Assembly: GCA_035456405.1 (NCBI GenBank)
Contig: DATIDG010000049.1
Span: 144,835-208,834 of the forward strand
Length of the DNA: 64,000 nt
Reading direction: 5' to 3'
DNA from: Burkholderiales bacterium
GTDB taxonomy: Bacteria > Pseudomonadota > Gammaproteobacteria > Burkholderiales > SG8-39
Under the pieces are notes generated by a model that saw only the letters and a program-made list of their open reading frames with translations, searched no databases and was not told the DNA's origin. This document shows, one piece after another, positions 35,758 to 46,743 of this stretch; the stretch's first letter is position 1; each line of letters opens with the position of its first letter. The translations under genes were made by a program, and so were the position numbers.

Positions 35758-36561
35758 TCAGACGGCCCTTGCCCGGTGCGCGCCCTGGACGGTGTGCAGG
35801 AGCGGCACGAAGACCTTCGGTGCGCCGCAGACGATCGAGCCCCGGTCGAGGTAATTCGATTCGCCGTCGAAGTCGCTCACGAGCCCGCCGGCCTCCAGGA
35901 TGAGCAGCGCGCCGGCCGCCATGTCCCAGGCGGCGAGTCCGATCTCCCAGAACCCATCGAGACGCCCGGCCGCGACGTAGGCCAGATCGAGCGCCGCGGC
36001 GCCGGCGCGGCGGATCCCGGCCGTCTCGCGCGTGACGAGCTTGAACGCGGCCATGTACTCGTCGAGATGCTGCAAGTCGCGGAAGGGGAACCCGGTGCCG
36101 ATCAGCGCCTCGGCAAGCTTCGCGCGCTTGGACACGCGAATGCGCCGGTCGTTGAGGAACGCGCCGCGCCCGCGCGTGGCCGTGAAGAGCTCGTTGCGGC
36201 CTGGGTCGTACACCACCGCCTGCTCGAGCACGCCGCGGTGGCGCAGCGCGATCGAGACGGCGTACTGCGGGAAGCCGTGGATGAAGTTCGTCGTGCCGTC
36301 GAGCGGATCGATGATCCACTCGTACTCCGAGATGCCGTGCGCGCCCGACTCCTCCGCGAGGATGGCGTGGCCGGGGTAAGCTCTCCGCAGCACCTCGATG
36401 ATCGCGGCCTCGGCCTCGTGGTCCACCTCGGTGACGAAGTCGTTCTGCCGCTTGCGCGTCACGGTCACGCCCTCGAGGTCGCGCGCGGCGCGGTTGATGA
36501 CCGACCCCGCGCGGCGCGCCGCCTTGACGGCGATGTTGAGCATCGGGTGCAGAACGGACAT
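35758..36561 (-). CDS. suhB: Inositol monophosphatase family protein (SuhB)
   Basis: 267 aa from the ATG at 36561, with [12 protein letters not shown] and WDMAAG motifs. Confidence 0.92.
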   Translation of the reverse strand: MSVLHPMLNIAVKAARRAGSVINRAARDLEGVTVTRKRQNDFVTEVDHEAEAAIIEVLRRAYPGHAILAEESGAHGISEYEWIIDPLDGTTNFIHGFPQYAVSIALRHRGVLEQAVVYDPGRNELFTATRGRGAFLNDRRIRVSKRAKLAEALIGTGFPFRDLQHLDEYMAAFKLVTRETAGIRRAGAAALDLAYVAAGRLDGFWEIGLAAWDMAAGALLILEAGGLVSDFDGESNYLDRGSIVCGAPKVFVPLLHTVQGAHRARAV

Positions 36562-36594
36562 GGGCGGGCGGTGCGCGAAAGGGCGCAATTCTAT

Positions 36595-37353
36595 ATGAGT
36601 GATCCCGGGGCACCCGACGGCGCGACGGCGCTTGCGCGCGTTCGCATCGTGCTCTCGCACACCACCCACCCCGGCAACATCGGCGCGGCGGCGCGCGCGC
36701 TGAAGACGATGGGCCTCGCGCGTCTCGTGCTGGTGAATCCGCGTCACTTCCCCGATCCGCAGGCCGAGGCGATGGCGGTGGGCGCGGACGACGTACTCGG
36801 TGCGGCGCGCGTATGCGCGAGCGTCGACGAGGCGCTCGCGGGCACGACGCTCGCGATCGCGCTCACGGCGCGCCGGCGCGATCTCTCGCCGCTCGCGCTC
36901 GATGCGCGCGACGCGGCGCGGCTCGCCGCCGCGGAGGCCGCCGGCGGTGGCGAGGTGGCGTTCGTATTCGGCACCGAGATGTCGGGGCTGTCGAACGAGG
37001 ACGTGATCCGCTGTCAGCGGGTCGCGCACATCGCGGCAAGCCCGGCGTTCTCGTCGCTGAATCTGGCGGCGTCGGTGCAGGTGGTCGCCTACGAGACGCG
37101 CGTCGCGGCGGTCGGGGGTGCAGCCGTGGAGGCCGAGCGCACGCCCGCGGCGACGCACGAGGAGGTGGAAGGGTTCTTCGCCCACCTCGAGGCGAGCGTG
37201 ATCCGGAGCGGGTTCCTGGATTCTCACAACCGGCGCCGGCTCATGGAGCGGCTGCGGCGGCTCTTCGGGCGCGTGCGCCTCGAGTCCCAGGAGGTCAACA
37301 TCCTGCGCGGCATGCTCTCGGCGTGGGACCAAGGCCCGCACAAGAAAAGTTGA
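36595..37353 (+). CDS. trmJ: SpoU-class tRNA (cytidine/uridine-2'-O)-methyltransferase TrmJ
   Basis: ATG at 36595. [25 protein letters not shown] and [14 protein letters not shown]...[14 protein letters not shown] are SPOUT motifs. It is divergent from suhB, as in many proteobacteria. Confidence 0.88.
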   Translation: MSDPGAPDGATALARVRIVLSHTTHPGNIGAAARALKTMGLARLVLVNPRHFPDPQAEAMAVGADDVLGAARVCASVDEALAGTTLAIALTARRRDLSPLALDARDAARLAAAEAAGGGEVAFVFGTEMSGLSNEDVIRCQRVAHIAASPAFSSLNLAASVQVVAYETRVAAVGGAAVEAERTPAATHEEVEGFFAHLEASVIRSGFLDSHNRRRLMERLRRLFGRVRLESQEVNILRGMLSAWDQGPHKKS

Positions 37354-37403
37354 CTGAATCAGTCGGACTTCGGATAATGCACGTGCCGACAGAGGGTTGA
37401 ATC

Positions 37404-38144
37404 ATGTTTGCCAGGTTCCGTGAAGACATCGCCAGCGTATTTGCCCGCGACCCGGCGGCGCGGTCGACCTGGGAGATCGTCACGTGCTATCCCGGCCTGC
37501 ACGCGCTGCTCTTCCATCGCGTCACGCACCGGCTCTGGGCGTGGCGGCTGCGCTGGCTCGCGCGCTGGCTCGCGCACTTCGGGCGCTGGTTCACCGGGAT
37601 CGAGATCCATCCGGGAGCGACGATCGGGCGGCGCTTCTTCATCGACCACGGCATGGGCGTCGTCATCGGCGAGACCGCCGAGATCGGCGACGACGTGACG
37701 CTGTATCACGGCGTCACGCTCGGCGGCACGACCTGGAACCGGGGCAAGCGTCACCCGACGTTAGGCAACGGGGTCGTCGTCGGGGCTGGGGCGAAGCTCC
37801 TCGGGCCGATCATCGTCGGCGACTACGCGAAGGTGGGCTCCAACGCCGTCGTGGTGAAGGACGTCCCGCCTGGCGCGACCGCGGTCGGCATCCCGGCCCG
37901 GATCATCATGGCCGAGCTCGATCAGGCGCGCGAGGCCCACGCCGCGAAGCTCGGCTTCTCGGCCTATGGCTTGTCGAGCCGCGACGACGACCCGGTCGCG
38001 CAGGCGATTCGGGGCCTGACCGATCACACCGCGGAGCTCGAGGCGCGGATCGTGGAGCTCAACGGGCGGCTGGAGCGGCTTGGGCGCGCGGCCGAAGAGG
38101 GCCGGGGCGAGGGGACGCGCCTGCGCAAGGTCGTGGATAACTAG
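37404..38144 (+). CDS. cysE: Serine O-acetyltransferase
   Basis: [44 protein letters not shown] is the hexapeptide-repeat core. Confidence 0.93.
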   Translation: MFARFREDIASVFARDPAARSTWEIVTCYPGLHALLFHRVTHRLWAWRLRWLARWLAHFGRWFTGIEIHPGATIGRRFFIDHGMGVVIGETAEIGDDVTLYHGVTLGGTTWNRGKRHPTLGNGVVVGAGAKLLGPIIVGDYAKVGSNAVVVKDVPPGATAVGIPARIIMAELDQAREAHAAKLGFSAYGLSSRDDDPVAQAIRGLTDHTAELEARIVELNGRLERLGRAAEEGRGEGTRLRKVVDN

Positions 38145-38199
38145 GCCATGTGCAGCGTTTCCTCCTCGGCCCCTCGGATCCGGGCGTAGCATCGGCCTC

Positions 38200-38730
38200 A
38201 TGCGCCTGATGTCCCTCCTCGCCGTCTTCGCGGTCACCACGAGCGCGTCCGCGCAGCCGATCGAGGAACGCGCCGCACAGGTGCGCCAGACGCTGGAGGA
38301 CCGCGCCGCGGACGTGCGCCGCACGATCGATTCGCCGTCGCCGGTCGAAACGGTGATCGATCGCGGGACGCGCGTGATCGCTCAGCCTCCGCCGGTCCCG
38401 CAGGCGACCTCGCCCGCGAACCCGGTAACTTCGCGCCCGGCAACCCAGGGCGGCGTGCCGACCTCGGCGGCGACTGGCGCGCCCGCGAACCGCCTGCTCT
38501 CGCCTGGCACACCCGGTGCGCTCGTGGTTCAACCCGACGCGAACGGGGCGACGGTCGTCGTCGACCCGCGGAGCACCGCGCGCATCGGCATCCCCCAGGC
38601 GCCGGGCGACGTCGGGTTGCGGAACTTCCCGCCCGGCGTGCTCGTCACCCGGGGCGCGAACAACGGGCAGGTGACGGGAGCCTCCAACCTGGTCACCGGC
38701 AACGGCACCTCTCCGGGCGTCGCGCCCTGA
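38200..38730 (+). CDS. Hypothetical secreted low-complexity (Pro/Thr/Gly/Ala-rich) protein
   Basis: The ATG at 38200 gives signal peptide MRLMSLLAVFAVTTSASAQ. The rest is low-complexity and I recognise no family. Confidence 0.55.
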   Translation: MRLMSLLAVFAVTTSASAQPIEERAAQVRQTLEDRAADVRRTIDSPSPVETVIDRGTRVIAQPPPVPQATSPANPVTSRPATQGGVPTSAATGAPANRLLSPGTPGALVVQPDANGATVVVDPRSTARIGIPQAPGDVGLRNFPPGVLVTRGANNGQVTGASNLVTGNGTSPGVAP

Positions 38731-38737
38731 CGAGCTC

Positions 38738-38767
38738 GAAGAATTGCCGCAGCTGCGGCGATTCTTC
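38738..38767. terminator. 30-bp near-perfect palindrome (bidirectional terminator candidate)
   Basis: GAAGAATTGCCGCAGCTGCGGCGATTCTTC, with one mismatch pair, between convergent genes ending at 38730 and 38808. Confidence 0.5.
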
Positions 38768-38807
38768 CGGGATCGGGAGCGCGAAGGGGGCCGCGAGTCG
38801 TGAAAGA

Positions 38808-41800
38808 CTAGACGCTCGCCCCCAGCATTCCCAGCACGTGCTTCACCGCGACGGCGCGCTCCTTGAGCGTCGCGGACGGCACCGTCGCACGCAGTTTCGT
38901 CGGTCCGAGCAGCCGCCAGCCGCGGTGTTTCTGCACGAGCTCGATCACGCGCCCCGGATCGACTGCGGCGTGTGCCCCGAACTGGATCTGCACGTGCTCG
39001 GGCGTCGCGTCAAGCCGCGCGACGCCGAGCGGATGGCCGAGGATGCGGAGACGGTGACTCTCGACGAGGGCCTGCGCCGCGTGCGGAAGCGGCCCGAAGC
39101 GGTCGATGAGTTCCTCGTGCATCGCGGTGAGCGCCTCCGGCGTGTCGCAGTTCGCCAGCCGCTTGTAGAGCACGAGCCGCTCGTGGACGTCGGAGCAGTA
39201 GTCGGCCGGCAGCAGCGCGGGAACGTGCAGGTTGATCTCGGTGACCACGCCGAGCGGCTGGGTGAGGTCGGGCTCGCGGCCCGCCTTCAGACTGCGCACC
39301 GCGTGCGCCAGCATGTCGTTGAAGAGGTTGAAGCCGACCTCCTGCATCTCCCCGCTTTGAGCCTCGCCGAGCACCTCGCCCGCGCCGCGGATCTCGAGGT
39401 CGTGCATCGCCAGGTAGAAGCCCGAGCCGAGCTCCTCCATCATCTGGATGGCCTCGAGTCGCTTCTTCGCGGCAGCGGTCAGCGCTTCCTCCGGCGGGGT
39501 CAGGAGGTACGCGTAGGCCTGGTGGTGGGAGCGCCCGACGCGGCCGCGAAGCTGGTGCAGCTGGGCGAGCCCGAACCGGTCGGCGCGGTTCATCACGATC
39601 GTGTTCGCGGTCGGGATGTCGATACCGGTCTCGATGATGGTGGAGCAGACAAGCAGGTTCGTGCGCTGCTGCAGGAACTCGCGCATCACGCGTTCGAGCT
39701 CGCGCTCGCGCATCTGGCCGTGCGCGACCGCGATGCGCGCCTCGGGCACGAGCTGGGCGATGCGCTCCGCCTGGGCCGCGATCGACTCGAGCTCGTTGTG
39801 CAGGAAGTAGATCTGCCCGCCGCGCTTCAGCTCGCGCAGGGCGGCCTCGCGGATGATCCCGGGGGAGTAGGGCGTGACGAAAGTCTTGATCGCGAGGCGC
39901 TTCGCGGGCGCGGTGGCGATCGCCGACAGGTCGCGCAGGCCCTCCAGCGACATCGCCAGCGTGCGCGGGATCGGCGTCGCGGTGAGCGTCAGAACGTCGA
40001 CTTGCGCGCGCAGCGCCTTCAGGCGCTCCTTCTGGCGCACGCCGAACCGGTGCTCCTCGTCGACGATGACCAACCCCAGGCGCCGGAACTTCACGTCGCG
40101 CGACAGGAGCTTGTGCGTGCCGATCGCGATGTCGACGCGGCCCTCGGCGAGCCCCTTCAGCGCCGCGGCGGTCTCCTTCCCGGTGCGGAAGCGCGACAGC
40201 TCGGCGATGCGCACCGGCCAGTCGGCGAACCGGTCGGAGAACGTGTTGAAGTGCTGCTCGGCGAGCAGTGTCGTCGGCGTGAGCACCGCGACCTGCTGGC
40301 CGTCGGCGACCGCCACGAAAGCGGCGCGCAAGGCCACTTCGGTCTTGCCGAAGCCGACATCGCCGCACACCAGCCGGTCCATCGGCTTGCCCTCGCGCAT
40401 GTCGCGCACCACCGCCTCGATCGCGGCCAGCTGGTCGGGCGTCTCTTCGAAACCGAACCCTTCCGCGAACGCGTCGAGATCGTGCTGCGCCACGTCGAAA
40501 GCGCGGCCCTGGCGTGCGGCGCGCTGCGCATACAGCGACAGGAGCTCCGCGGCGGTGTCGCGGACCTGGGCGGCGGCCTTGCGCTTCGCCCTCTCCCAGT
40601 CGGCGCCGCCGAGCTTGTGCAGCGGCGCCTGCTCGGGCGGACCGCCGGAGTACCTGCCGATCGTGTGCAGCTGCGCCACCGGCACGTAGAGCCTGTCGGC
40701 GTCCGCGTACTCGAGCTGGAGGAACTCGGTGGGCCCGTCGCCGAGATCGAGGCTCACGAGGCCGCGGTACCGGCCGACGCCGTGCTGCTCGTGCACCACC
40801 GGATCGCCGACCACGAGCTCGGACAGGTCGCGCAGCATTCCCTCGATCGAGCTGCGCTTCGCCTGGTCGCGGCCCGCGCGCGCGCGGGCGGTGCCGGCGT
40901 AAAGCTCGGCCTCGGTGACGATCGCGAAGCCGGCCTGCTCGAGACCGAGCGGCTCCAGCGCCGCGGCGGGCGCCGCGAACCCGCCGAACAGCGGGCCGAC
41001 GCCGAGCATCACGCGGGCATCGGCGGCGAGGAACTCCGCGAAGCCGGCGCAGGCCTCGGGCACTAGCCCGTACTGCGCGAAATACTCGGTCATCGTCTCG
41101 CGCCGGCCCGGCGATTCGGCGAGCACGAGCACGCGCAGCGGCGTCGCCGCGAGGAACGACTTGAGCGCGTGCAGGGGATCCGTCGCCCGGCGCTCGACCG
41201 CAACCGCGGGAATCGGGTCTGTTCCGATCAGGTCGGGATCGTCACGCGCGAGGGCCGGTGCATGGACGTCAAGCCGGTCGAAGCGCTGCGCCTCCACGAA
41301 GAAGTTCTCGGCCGTGAGAAACAGGAGCGGCGGCGGGAGCAGCGGCCGCTCGCGGTCGCCGCGCAGGAGCTGGAAGCGCGAGCTGGCGTCGCGCCAGAAC
41401 TGATCGATCGCACCGTGCACGTCGTGATGGAGCACCAGCGTGGCGTTCGCGGGAAGGTAGTCGAACAGGTTGCCCGTGGCGTCGAAGAAGAGCGGCAGGT
41501 AGTACTCGATGCCGGGCGGCGCGACCCCGCTGGAGACGTCCTTGTACACGGTGCTCTTGGACGGATCACCCTCGAACGCCTCGCGGAAGCGGGCGCGGAA
41601 CCGCGCCCGCGCCGCGTCGTCCAGCGGGAACTCCCGCGCCGGCAGCAGCCGGATCTCGGGAACTTTGTAGACGGTTCGCTGGGTGTCGACGTCGAATGTG
41701 CGAATCGACTCGATCGCCTCGTCGGCGAGATCGATCCGGTAGGGCAGGGCGCTGCCCATCGGGAAGAGGTCGATCAGGCCGCCGCGCACGCAGTACTCGC

Positions 41801-42302
41801 CCGGCGCGACGACCTGCGTGACGTGGCTGTAGCCGGCGGTCGCAAGCTGGGCCCGCAGCCGCGCCGCGTCGAGGCGGTCGCCCTGCTTGATGAAGAACGT
41901 GTAACCGGCGAGGTATGACGGCGGCGGCAGCCGGTAGAGCGCGGTCGTGGCCGGGACGATGGCGATGTCGCATTCGCCAGAAGTGATTCGGTACAGCGTC
42001 TCGAGCCGTTCCGAGACGAGGTCGTGGTGCGGCGAGAAGGTGTCGTACGGAAGCGTCTCCCAGTCGGGAAACAGGCTCACGCGCAAGTCCGGCGCGAACC
42101 AGGGGATCTCCCCGCACAGCCGCTGCGCGTCGAGCGCGGACCCGCAGACGACGACGAGCGGCCGCGCGGATGCGGCCAGGCGCGCGAGCGCGAGCGCATC
42201 GGACGAGCCGTGGAGCCTGCCGAAACGGAGCCGGGTGGGAGCGGAAACTTCAGTCACGCGGGTTACGGGCGCCAAACTCCTTGCAGCGCGGGCTGCATGC
42301 AA
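38808..42302 (-). CDS. mfd: Transcription-repair coupling factor Mfd
   Basis: About 1160 aa. Walker A GDVGFGKTEVA, DEEHRFG, and a TRG-region helicase C-terminus. The exact start is uncertain (TTG at 42302 or a downstream GTG). Confidence 0.95.
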   Translation of the reverse strand: MHAARAARSLAPVTRVTEVSAPTRLRFGRLHGSSDALALARLAASARPLVVVCGSALDAQRLCGEIPWFAPDLRVSLFPDWETLPYDTFSPHHDLVSERLETLYRITSGECDIAIVPATTALYRLPPPSYLAGYTFFIKQGDRLDAARLRAQLATAGYSHVTQVVAPGEYCVRGGLIDLFPMGSALPYRIDLADEAIESIRTFDVDTQRTVYKVPEIRLLPAREFPLDDAARARFRARFREAFEGDPSKSTVYKDVSSGVAPPGIEYYLPLFFDATGNLFDYLPANATLVLHHDVHGAIDQFWRDASSRFQLLRGDRERPLLPPPLLFLTAENFFVEAQRFDRLDVHAPALARDDPDLIGTDPIPAVAVERRATDPLHALKSFLAATPLRVLVLAESPGRRETMTEYFAQYGLVPEACAGFAEFLAADARVMLGVGPLFGGFAAPAAALEPLGLEQAGFAIVTEAELYAGTARARAGRDQAKRSSIEGMLRDLSELVVGDPVVHEQHGVGRYRGLVSLDLGDGPTEFLQLEYADADRLYVPVAQLHTIGRYSGGPPEQAPLHKLGGADWERAKRKAAAQVRDTAAELLSLYAQRAARQGRAFDVAQHDLDAFAEGFGFEETPDQLAAIEAVVRDMREGKPMDRLVCGDVGFGKTEVALRAAFVAVADGQQVAVLTPTTLLAEQHFNTFSDRFADWPVRIAELSRFRTGKETAAALKGLAEGRVDIAIGTHKLLSRDVKFRRLGLVIVDEEHRFGVRQKERLKALRAQVDVLTLTATPIPRTLAMSLEGLRDLSAIATAPAKRLAIKTFVTPYSPGIIREAALRELKRGGQIYFLHNELESIAAQAERIAQLVPEARIAVAHGQMRERELERVMREFLQQRTNLLVCSTIIETGIDIPTANTIVMNRADRFGLAQLHQLRGRVGRSHHQAYAYLLTPPEEALTAAAKKRLEAIQMMEELGSGFYLAMHDLEIRGAGEVLGEAQSGEMQEVGFNLFNDMLAHAVRSLKAGREPDLTQPLGVVTEINLHVPALLPADYCSDVHERLVLYKRLANCDTPEALTAMHEELIDRFGPLPHAAQALVESHRLRILGHPLGVARLDATPEHVQIQFGAHAAVDPGRVIELVQKHRGWRLLGPTKLRATVPSATLKERAVAVKHVLGMLGASV

Positions 42303-42356
42303 ACGTCACGCCAGTATTATAGTCGCTGGCATCATGCATTTCGAAGAGCGAACCCC

Positions 42357-43049
42357 GTGTCGGCGCGGCTGTTCGGCCTGATCCCGGCCGCAGGGCAGGG
42401 CGCCCGCCTCGGTGGCGAAACGCCAAAGCAGTACCTCGACATTCGCGGCGAGCCGATGCTCGCGCACGCCGTACGCGCGCTGCTCGCGCACCCGGCGATC
42501 GAGGTCACGTTCGTCGTGCTCTCGCCCGACGACGAGCGCTACGCGACGCACGACTGGGCCGCATTCGGCGATCGGATCGCGCCGCTGTGGTGCGGCGGCC
42601 CGACGCGGCGCGCCAGCGTGCTGAACGGACTCGTCGCGATGGCGAACGTGGTGAATCCCGACGACTGGGTGCTCGTGCACGACGCCGCGCGGCCGTGTCT
42701 CACGCGGGCGGACGTCGAGCGGCTGATCGAGACCGTCGGCGAGGACGACAACGGCGGCATCCTCGCGGTCGCGCTCGCCGATACGCTGAAACGCGCGGAC
42801 GACGGTGAACGCATCGCCGCTACCGAGCCGCGCGAGCGCCTGTGGTTGGCGCAGACGCCGCAGATGTTCCGTCACGGCACCCTGCTTCGGGCGCTCGACG
42901 GCGGGGCGGAGGCGACCGACGAGGCTGCCGCCGTCGAGGCGGCCGGCCTGAAACCGAAGCTCGTGCCCGGCAATGTGCGCAACCTGAAGGTGACCTATCC
43001 GGGCGACGTCGCGATTGCGGCGGCGTTGCTGGAGGCGGGGGAACGATGA
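42357..43049 (+). CDS. ispD: 2-C-methyl-D-erythritol 4-phosphate cytidylyltransferase
   Basis: The GTG at 42357 gives [18 protein letters not shown], the IspD P-loop-like motif. It overlaps ispF (ATGA). Confidence 0.92.
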   Translation: MSARLFGLIPAAGQGARLGGETPKQYLDIRGEPMLAHAVRALLAHPAIEVTFVVLSPDDERYATHDWAAFGDRIAPLWCGGPTRRASVLNGLVAMANVVNPDDWVLVHDAARPCLTRADVERLIETVGEDDNGGILAVALADTLKRADDGERIAATEPRERLWLAQTPQMFRHGTLLRALDGGAEATDEAAAVEAAGLKPKLVPGNVRNLKVTYPGDVAIAAALLEAGER

Positions 43050-43549
43050 GGATCGGGCACGGCTTCGACGTGCACGCGCTGGTTGCGGGCCGGAAGCTGA
43101 TCGTCGGCGGCGTGGCGATCCCCTTCGAGCGGGGTCTCGAGGGTCACTCGGACGCGGACGTCCTGTTGCACGCGATCACCGACGCGCTGCTCGGCGCCGC
43201 GGCACTCGGCGACATCGGACGCCACTTTCCCGACACGAGCGCCGTCTATCGCGGGGCGGACAGCCGCGCACTGCTGCGCGCCGCGATGACGAAAGTCGTC
43301 GCCGCCGGCTACGTCGTCGCGAACGTCGACGCGACGATCATCGCCCAGGAGCCGAGGATGGCACCGCACGTCCCCGCCATGGTCGAGAACCTTGTGGCCG
43401 ATCTCGGACTGAGGCCCGGCCAGGTGAACGTGAAGGCCACTACGACCGAGCGGCTCGGGTTCACGGGGCGGGGCGAAGGGATCGCTGCGGAGGCGGTGGT
43501 GCTGCTCGAGGACGCCCCGAAGACGTGGGTCACGCCGGACGTCCCGTAG
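43046..43549 (+). CDS. ispF: 2-C-methyl-D-erythritol 2,4-cyclodiphosphate synthase
   Basis: [11 protein letters not shown]...[19 protein letters not shown] is the canonical IspF sequence. Confidence 0.95.
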   Translation: MRIGHGFDVHALVAGRKLIVGGVAIPFERGLEGHSDADVLLHAITDALLGAAALGDIGRHFPDTSAVYRGADSRALLRAAMTKVVAAGYVVANVDATIIAQEPRMAPHVPAMVENLVADLGLRPGQVNVKATTTERLGFTGRGEGIAAEAVVLLEDAPKTWVTPDVP

Positions 43550-44067
43550 CCGCGCAGCCGCTGCGCCTCTTCTTCGCGCTCTGGCCCGACGACGCGACCC
43601 GTGCGCGATTCGCCGAGTGGACGCGCGCGATTCACCGCGAGAGCGGCGGGCGCGCGATGCGGCGGGAGAGCGTTCACCTCACCTTGGCGTTCCTCGGCGA
43701 CACCGAGCCCGCGGCTCTCCCGGCAACCGAGGCTGCGGCGACGCGGGTGACGCCGCGCGCGTTCACGCTGAGCATCGACGAGCCGGGTTACTGGCGCCAC
43801 AACCAGATTGCCTGGGCGGGCGCGCGCGAGCCGCCGGCCGAGCTCGGGGCGCTGGTCGCCGATCTGCGGACTGCGCTGCTCGAGGCGCGCATTCCATTCG
43901 ACACGAAGCCGTTCGTCACGCACCTCACGCTGATCCGCAAGGCGCAGCCGGGCTTCCGGATGCCGCGCCTCGCGCCGATCGAATGGTTGGTGCGGGACTT
44001 CGTGCTGCTCCGGTCGGTTACCGGCCCGGACGGGAACCGCTACGAGGTGGTCAGGCGTTGGGGATGA
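43525..44067 (+). CDS. thpR: RNA 2',3'-cyclic phosphodiesterase (2H/LigT family, ThpR)
   Basis: Two H-x-T-x motifs (HLTLAF, HLTLIR) and an LRLFFALWP start region. The GTG at 43525 is the nearest in-frame start. Confidence 0.8.
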   Translation: MGHAGRPVAAQPLRLFFALWPDDATRARFAEWTRAIHRESGGRAMRRESVHLTLAFLGDTEPAALPATEAAATRVTPRAFTLSIDEPGYWRHNQIAWAGAREPPAELGALVADLRTALLEARIPFDTKPFVTHLTLIRKAQPGFRMPRLAPIEWLVRDFVLLRSVTGPDGNRYEVVRRWG

Positions 44068-44073
44068 CCCCGC

Positions 44074-45378
44074 TCAACCCTTGAGCGGGAAGGTCACGCG
44101 CGCGATGAGCCCGCCGCCCTCGCGCGGCAGGAGGTCGAGCCCCCCGCCGTGCATGCGCGCGATGCGCTCCACGATCGCGAGCCCGAGGCCGGAACCGCCC
44201 TTGCCGCTGCGGGCGGTCTCCAGGCGCGTGAACGGCTGCTTGAGCCGCTCGACCTCGTCGGCCGGAATGCCCGGGCCGCGGTCGAGGACCTCGACCGCGA
44301 CTGCGCGCCCGGCCGGCGCGACGCGCAGGCGCACGTCCTTCTCGCCGTAGCGGAATGCGTTGTCGACCAGGTTCGTCATGAGCCGGCGCACCGCGAGCCG
44401 GCGCACGGCAACCTGCGGCGCGTCCACGATCTCGTCTTCGAGCGCGTGGCCGGTGTCCCGGTAGTGCCCCGCCACTTCGCGCGCCAGGGCGGCCAGATCT
44501 GTGGGCGCGGCCGGCTCGCCGCCCGCCGCGCGCGCGAAATCGAGGAATTGGCCGATGATGCGATCCATCTCGTCGATGTCCGCCGCCATGCCGCTCTTCA
44601 GCTGGGCGTCGGCTTCCGCCATCTCCAGCCCGAGCCGCAGCCGCGCGAGCGGCGTGCGCAGGTCGTGCGACACGCCCGCGAGGATGAGCGCGCGGTCGTC
44701 CTCGAGCCGCGCGAGGTCGCGCGTCATCTGGTTGAAGGCGCGCGACACGGTCTGGATCTCCTGCGGCCCGGACTCGTCGAGCGGCGCGGGCACGCGCCCG
44801 CGGCCGACGTCGGCTGCGGCGCCGACGAGCGCGCGGAGCGGGCGCCGGAGCCGGAACACGATCAGCCAGGCGCCGGCGAGCGCCGCGACGAGGACGAACG
44901 CGCCCCACCCGAGCCAGCGCAGCGCGACCACGCGCTCCACGCGGTCGCGCGGCAGCATCACCCAGTACTCGTCCCCTTCGATGCGGAAGCTCACCCAGAA
45001 CCCGCGCAGCCCGTCGCGCTCTGATGCGAGCCGCGTCTCCGGGCCCAGCTGGCGCAGCAGCTCGTCGGCGAAGAGGCGGACGCTGGGACGCTCGAGCGCA
45101 AGCGGCACGAGCTGGTCGTCCGGCTCGGCGGGATAGATGCGGATGCCCTCGCGCTCCTGGAGATCGACCAGGAGCTCGCGCCGCAGGTCCGGCTGAGAGG
45201 TGACGAGCGCGGCGCGCGTCAGGTTCACCACGCTCGCCACCATGTCCGCCGTCTGGCGCGCGCGCGGCTCGCGCTCGGAGACGCGGACGAGCTGGAACCA
45301 GGCCGCGACCGCGAGCAGGATCAGCGCGGCAAGCAGGACGAACGTGCGCCAGAGGAGAGTGCGGGGGAAGACCTTCAT
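44074..45378 (-). CDS. envZ: EnvZ-like osmosensor histidine kinase
   Basis: ATG at 45378 (ATGA overlap with ompR). Two TM segments, HAMP domain, H-box SHDLRTPL and ATPase motifs DRGPGI and GGSGLGLAIV. Confidence 0.87.
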   Translation of the reverse strand: MKVFPRTLLWRTFVLLAALILLAVAAWFQLVRVSEREPRARQTADMVASVVNLTRAALVTSQPDLRRELLVDLQEREGIRIYPAEPDDQLVPLALERPSVRLFADELLRQLGPETRLASERDGLRGFWVSFRIEGDEYWVMLPRDRVERVVALRWLGWGAFVLVAALAGAWLIVFRLRRPLRALVGAAADVGRGRVPAPLDESGPQEIQTVSRAFNQMTRDLARLEDDRALILAGVSHDLRTPLARLRLGLEMAEADAQLKSGMAADIDEMDRIIGQFLDFARAAGGEPAAPTDLAALAREVAGHYRDTGHALEDEIVDAPQVAVRRLAVRRLMTNLVDNAFRYGEKDVRLRVAPAGRAVAVEVLDRGPGIPADEVERLKQPFTRLETARSGKGGSGLGLAIVERIARMHGGGLDLLPREGGGLIARVTFPLKG

Positions 45379-46103
45379 CACGCCTTCGTCCCGTCGGGGA
45401 CGAAGACGTAGCCGAAGCCCCACACCGTCTGGATGAGGGTGGGGTTGGCCGGATCGGGCTCGATCAGCTTGCGCAGGCGCGAGACCTGGACGTCGATCGC
45501 GCGGTCGAAGACCTCGTACTCGCGGCCGCGCGCGAGCTCCATCAGCTTGTCGCGCGACAGCGGCACGCGCGGGTGAGTCACCAGTACCTTGAGCAGCGCG
45601 AATTCCCCGGTCGTGAGCGCGATGCTCGCGCCGTTTTTCACGAGCGTCCGCGTCGCGAGGTTCACCGTCATGCCGCCGAACTCGACGGACTCGGCGTCGG
45701 CCGACGGGGCCCCGGGGGGCAGCGGGGCGGCGCGGCGGCGCAGCACCGCGTTAATCCGCGCCACCAGCTCGCGCGGGTTGAAGGGCTTCGGCAAGTAATC
45801 GTCGGCCCCCATCTCGAGCCCGACGATCCGGTCCACGTCCTCGCCCTTGGCGGTCAGCATGATGATCGGGATGGTGTTCTTGGTGCCGCGCAGCCGCCGG
45901 CAGATCGAGAGCCCGTCTTCGCCCGGCAGCATGAGGTCGAGCACCATCAGGTCGAAGCGCTCGTGCGCGAGCAGCTTGTCCATGGCCTGCGCGTCCGACA
46001 CCGCACGCACCGCGAAACCCTGCTCGCCGAGATAGCGGTTGAGCAGGTCGCGCAGGCGCAGGTCGTCGTCGACGACGAGGATCTTGCTCTTGGCGTCCGT
46101 CAT
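45378..46103 (-). CDS. ompR: OmpR-family response regulator
   Basis: KILVVDDDLRLRDLL receiver domain and a winged-helix C-terminus ending IQTVWGFGYVFVP. Confidence 0.93.
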   Translation of the reverse strand: MTDAKSKILVVDDDLRLRDLLNRYLGEQGFAVRAVSDAQAMDKLLAHERFDLMVLDLMLPGEDGLSICRRLRGTKNTIPIIMLTAKGEDVDRIVGLEMGADDYLPKPFNPRELVARINAVLRRRAAPLPPGAPSADAESVEFGGMTVNLATRTLVKNGASIALTTGEFALLKVLVTHPRVPLSRDKLMELARGREYEVFDRAIDVQVSRLRKLIEPDPANPTLIQTVWGFGYVFVPDGTKA

Positions 46104-46148
46104 GGGCTCGAGATGCTACCGCCGGCCGGGACCGCGGGCGAGGGAATG

Positions 46149-46191
46149 GTAACGCGCCGTAACCCTGCGCGGCCCCGTAACAGGCGGTTAC
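46149..46191. promoter_or_regulatory. Phased GTAAC/GTTAC repeats (candidate OmpR-family boxes)
   Basis: GTAAC at 46149, 46159 and 46177, and GTTAC at 46187. The first two are 10 bp apart. The last two form GTAAC-N5-GTTAC. All lie in the divergent ompR / small-periplasmic-protein promoter region. Confidence 0.35.
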
Positions 46192-46373
46192 AAACTCGCC
46201 CGGCGCGCACACATTCCCCTTACAGGCGGCGCCTACATTGCGATTACGCCGATGCGTGGCCCGCCAGAAGACGCGGCGTGCATCCGCAGCATCTATTGCG
46301 AGAAAGACGATGCGGAAGTTCGCTGAGAAGGATGGCATCATTGCGCAGGGAAACGGAAGCGTACGGATAGGCG

Positions 46374-46667
46374 ATGAAGCGGCTGGTGGTCATGACGAGC
46401 CTCGCGATGCTGCTCGCTGCAGCGTGGCCGGCCGCGGCGCAGCCCGGGCCGGGGCAGGGTGGGCGTCGCGGCATGGACCGTTCGATGCCCCAGCGTCCGA
46501 TGGGGCCGCCGCCCGAGCGCGGGTGGCAGCGCCCCGACGGCGATGGCATGCAGCATCGCCGCGGGATGATGTCGCCCGAGGAGCGTGAGAAGCTGCGGCG
46601 CGACATCGGCCAGCACGGCCGCGACATCTACCGCGATCCGCGGCGCGAGCGACCCGGCAAGCAGTGA
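46374..46667 (+). CDS. Small periplasmic basic protein, hypothetical
   Basis: 97 aa. Signal peptide MKRLVVMTSLAMLLAAAWPAAAQ, then a Pro/Gly/Arg-rich region and SPEEREKLRRDI. A GGGATCCG...CGGATCCC hairpin follows at 46677-46705. Confidence 0.6.
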   Translation: MKRLVVMTSLAMLLAAAWPAAAQPGPGQGGRRGMDRSMPQRPMGPPPERGWQRPDGDGMQHRRGMMSPEEREKLRRDIGQHGRDIYRDPRRERPGKQ

Positions 46668-46743
46668 TCTCAAAACGGGATCCGCCTGTCCGTGAAGTCG
46701 GATCCCGGCCCTGCACCTCGCGAAGGCGTGACGAGGAACCCGT

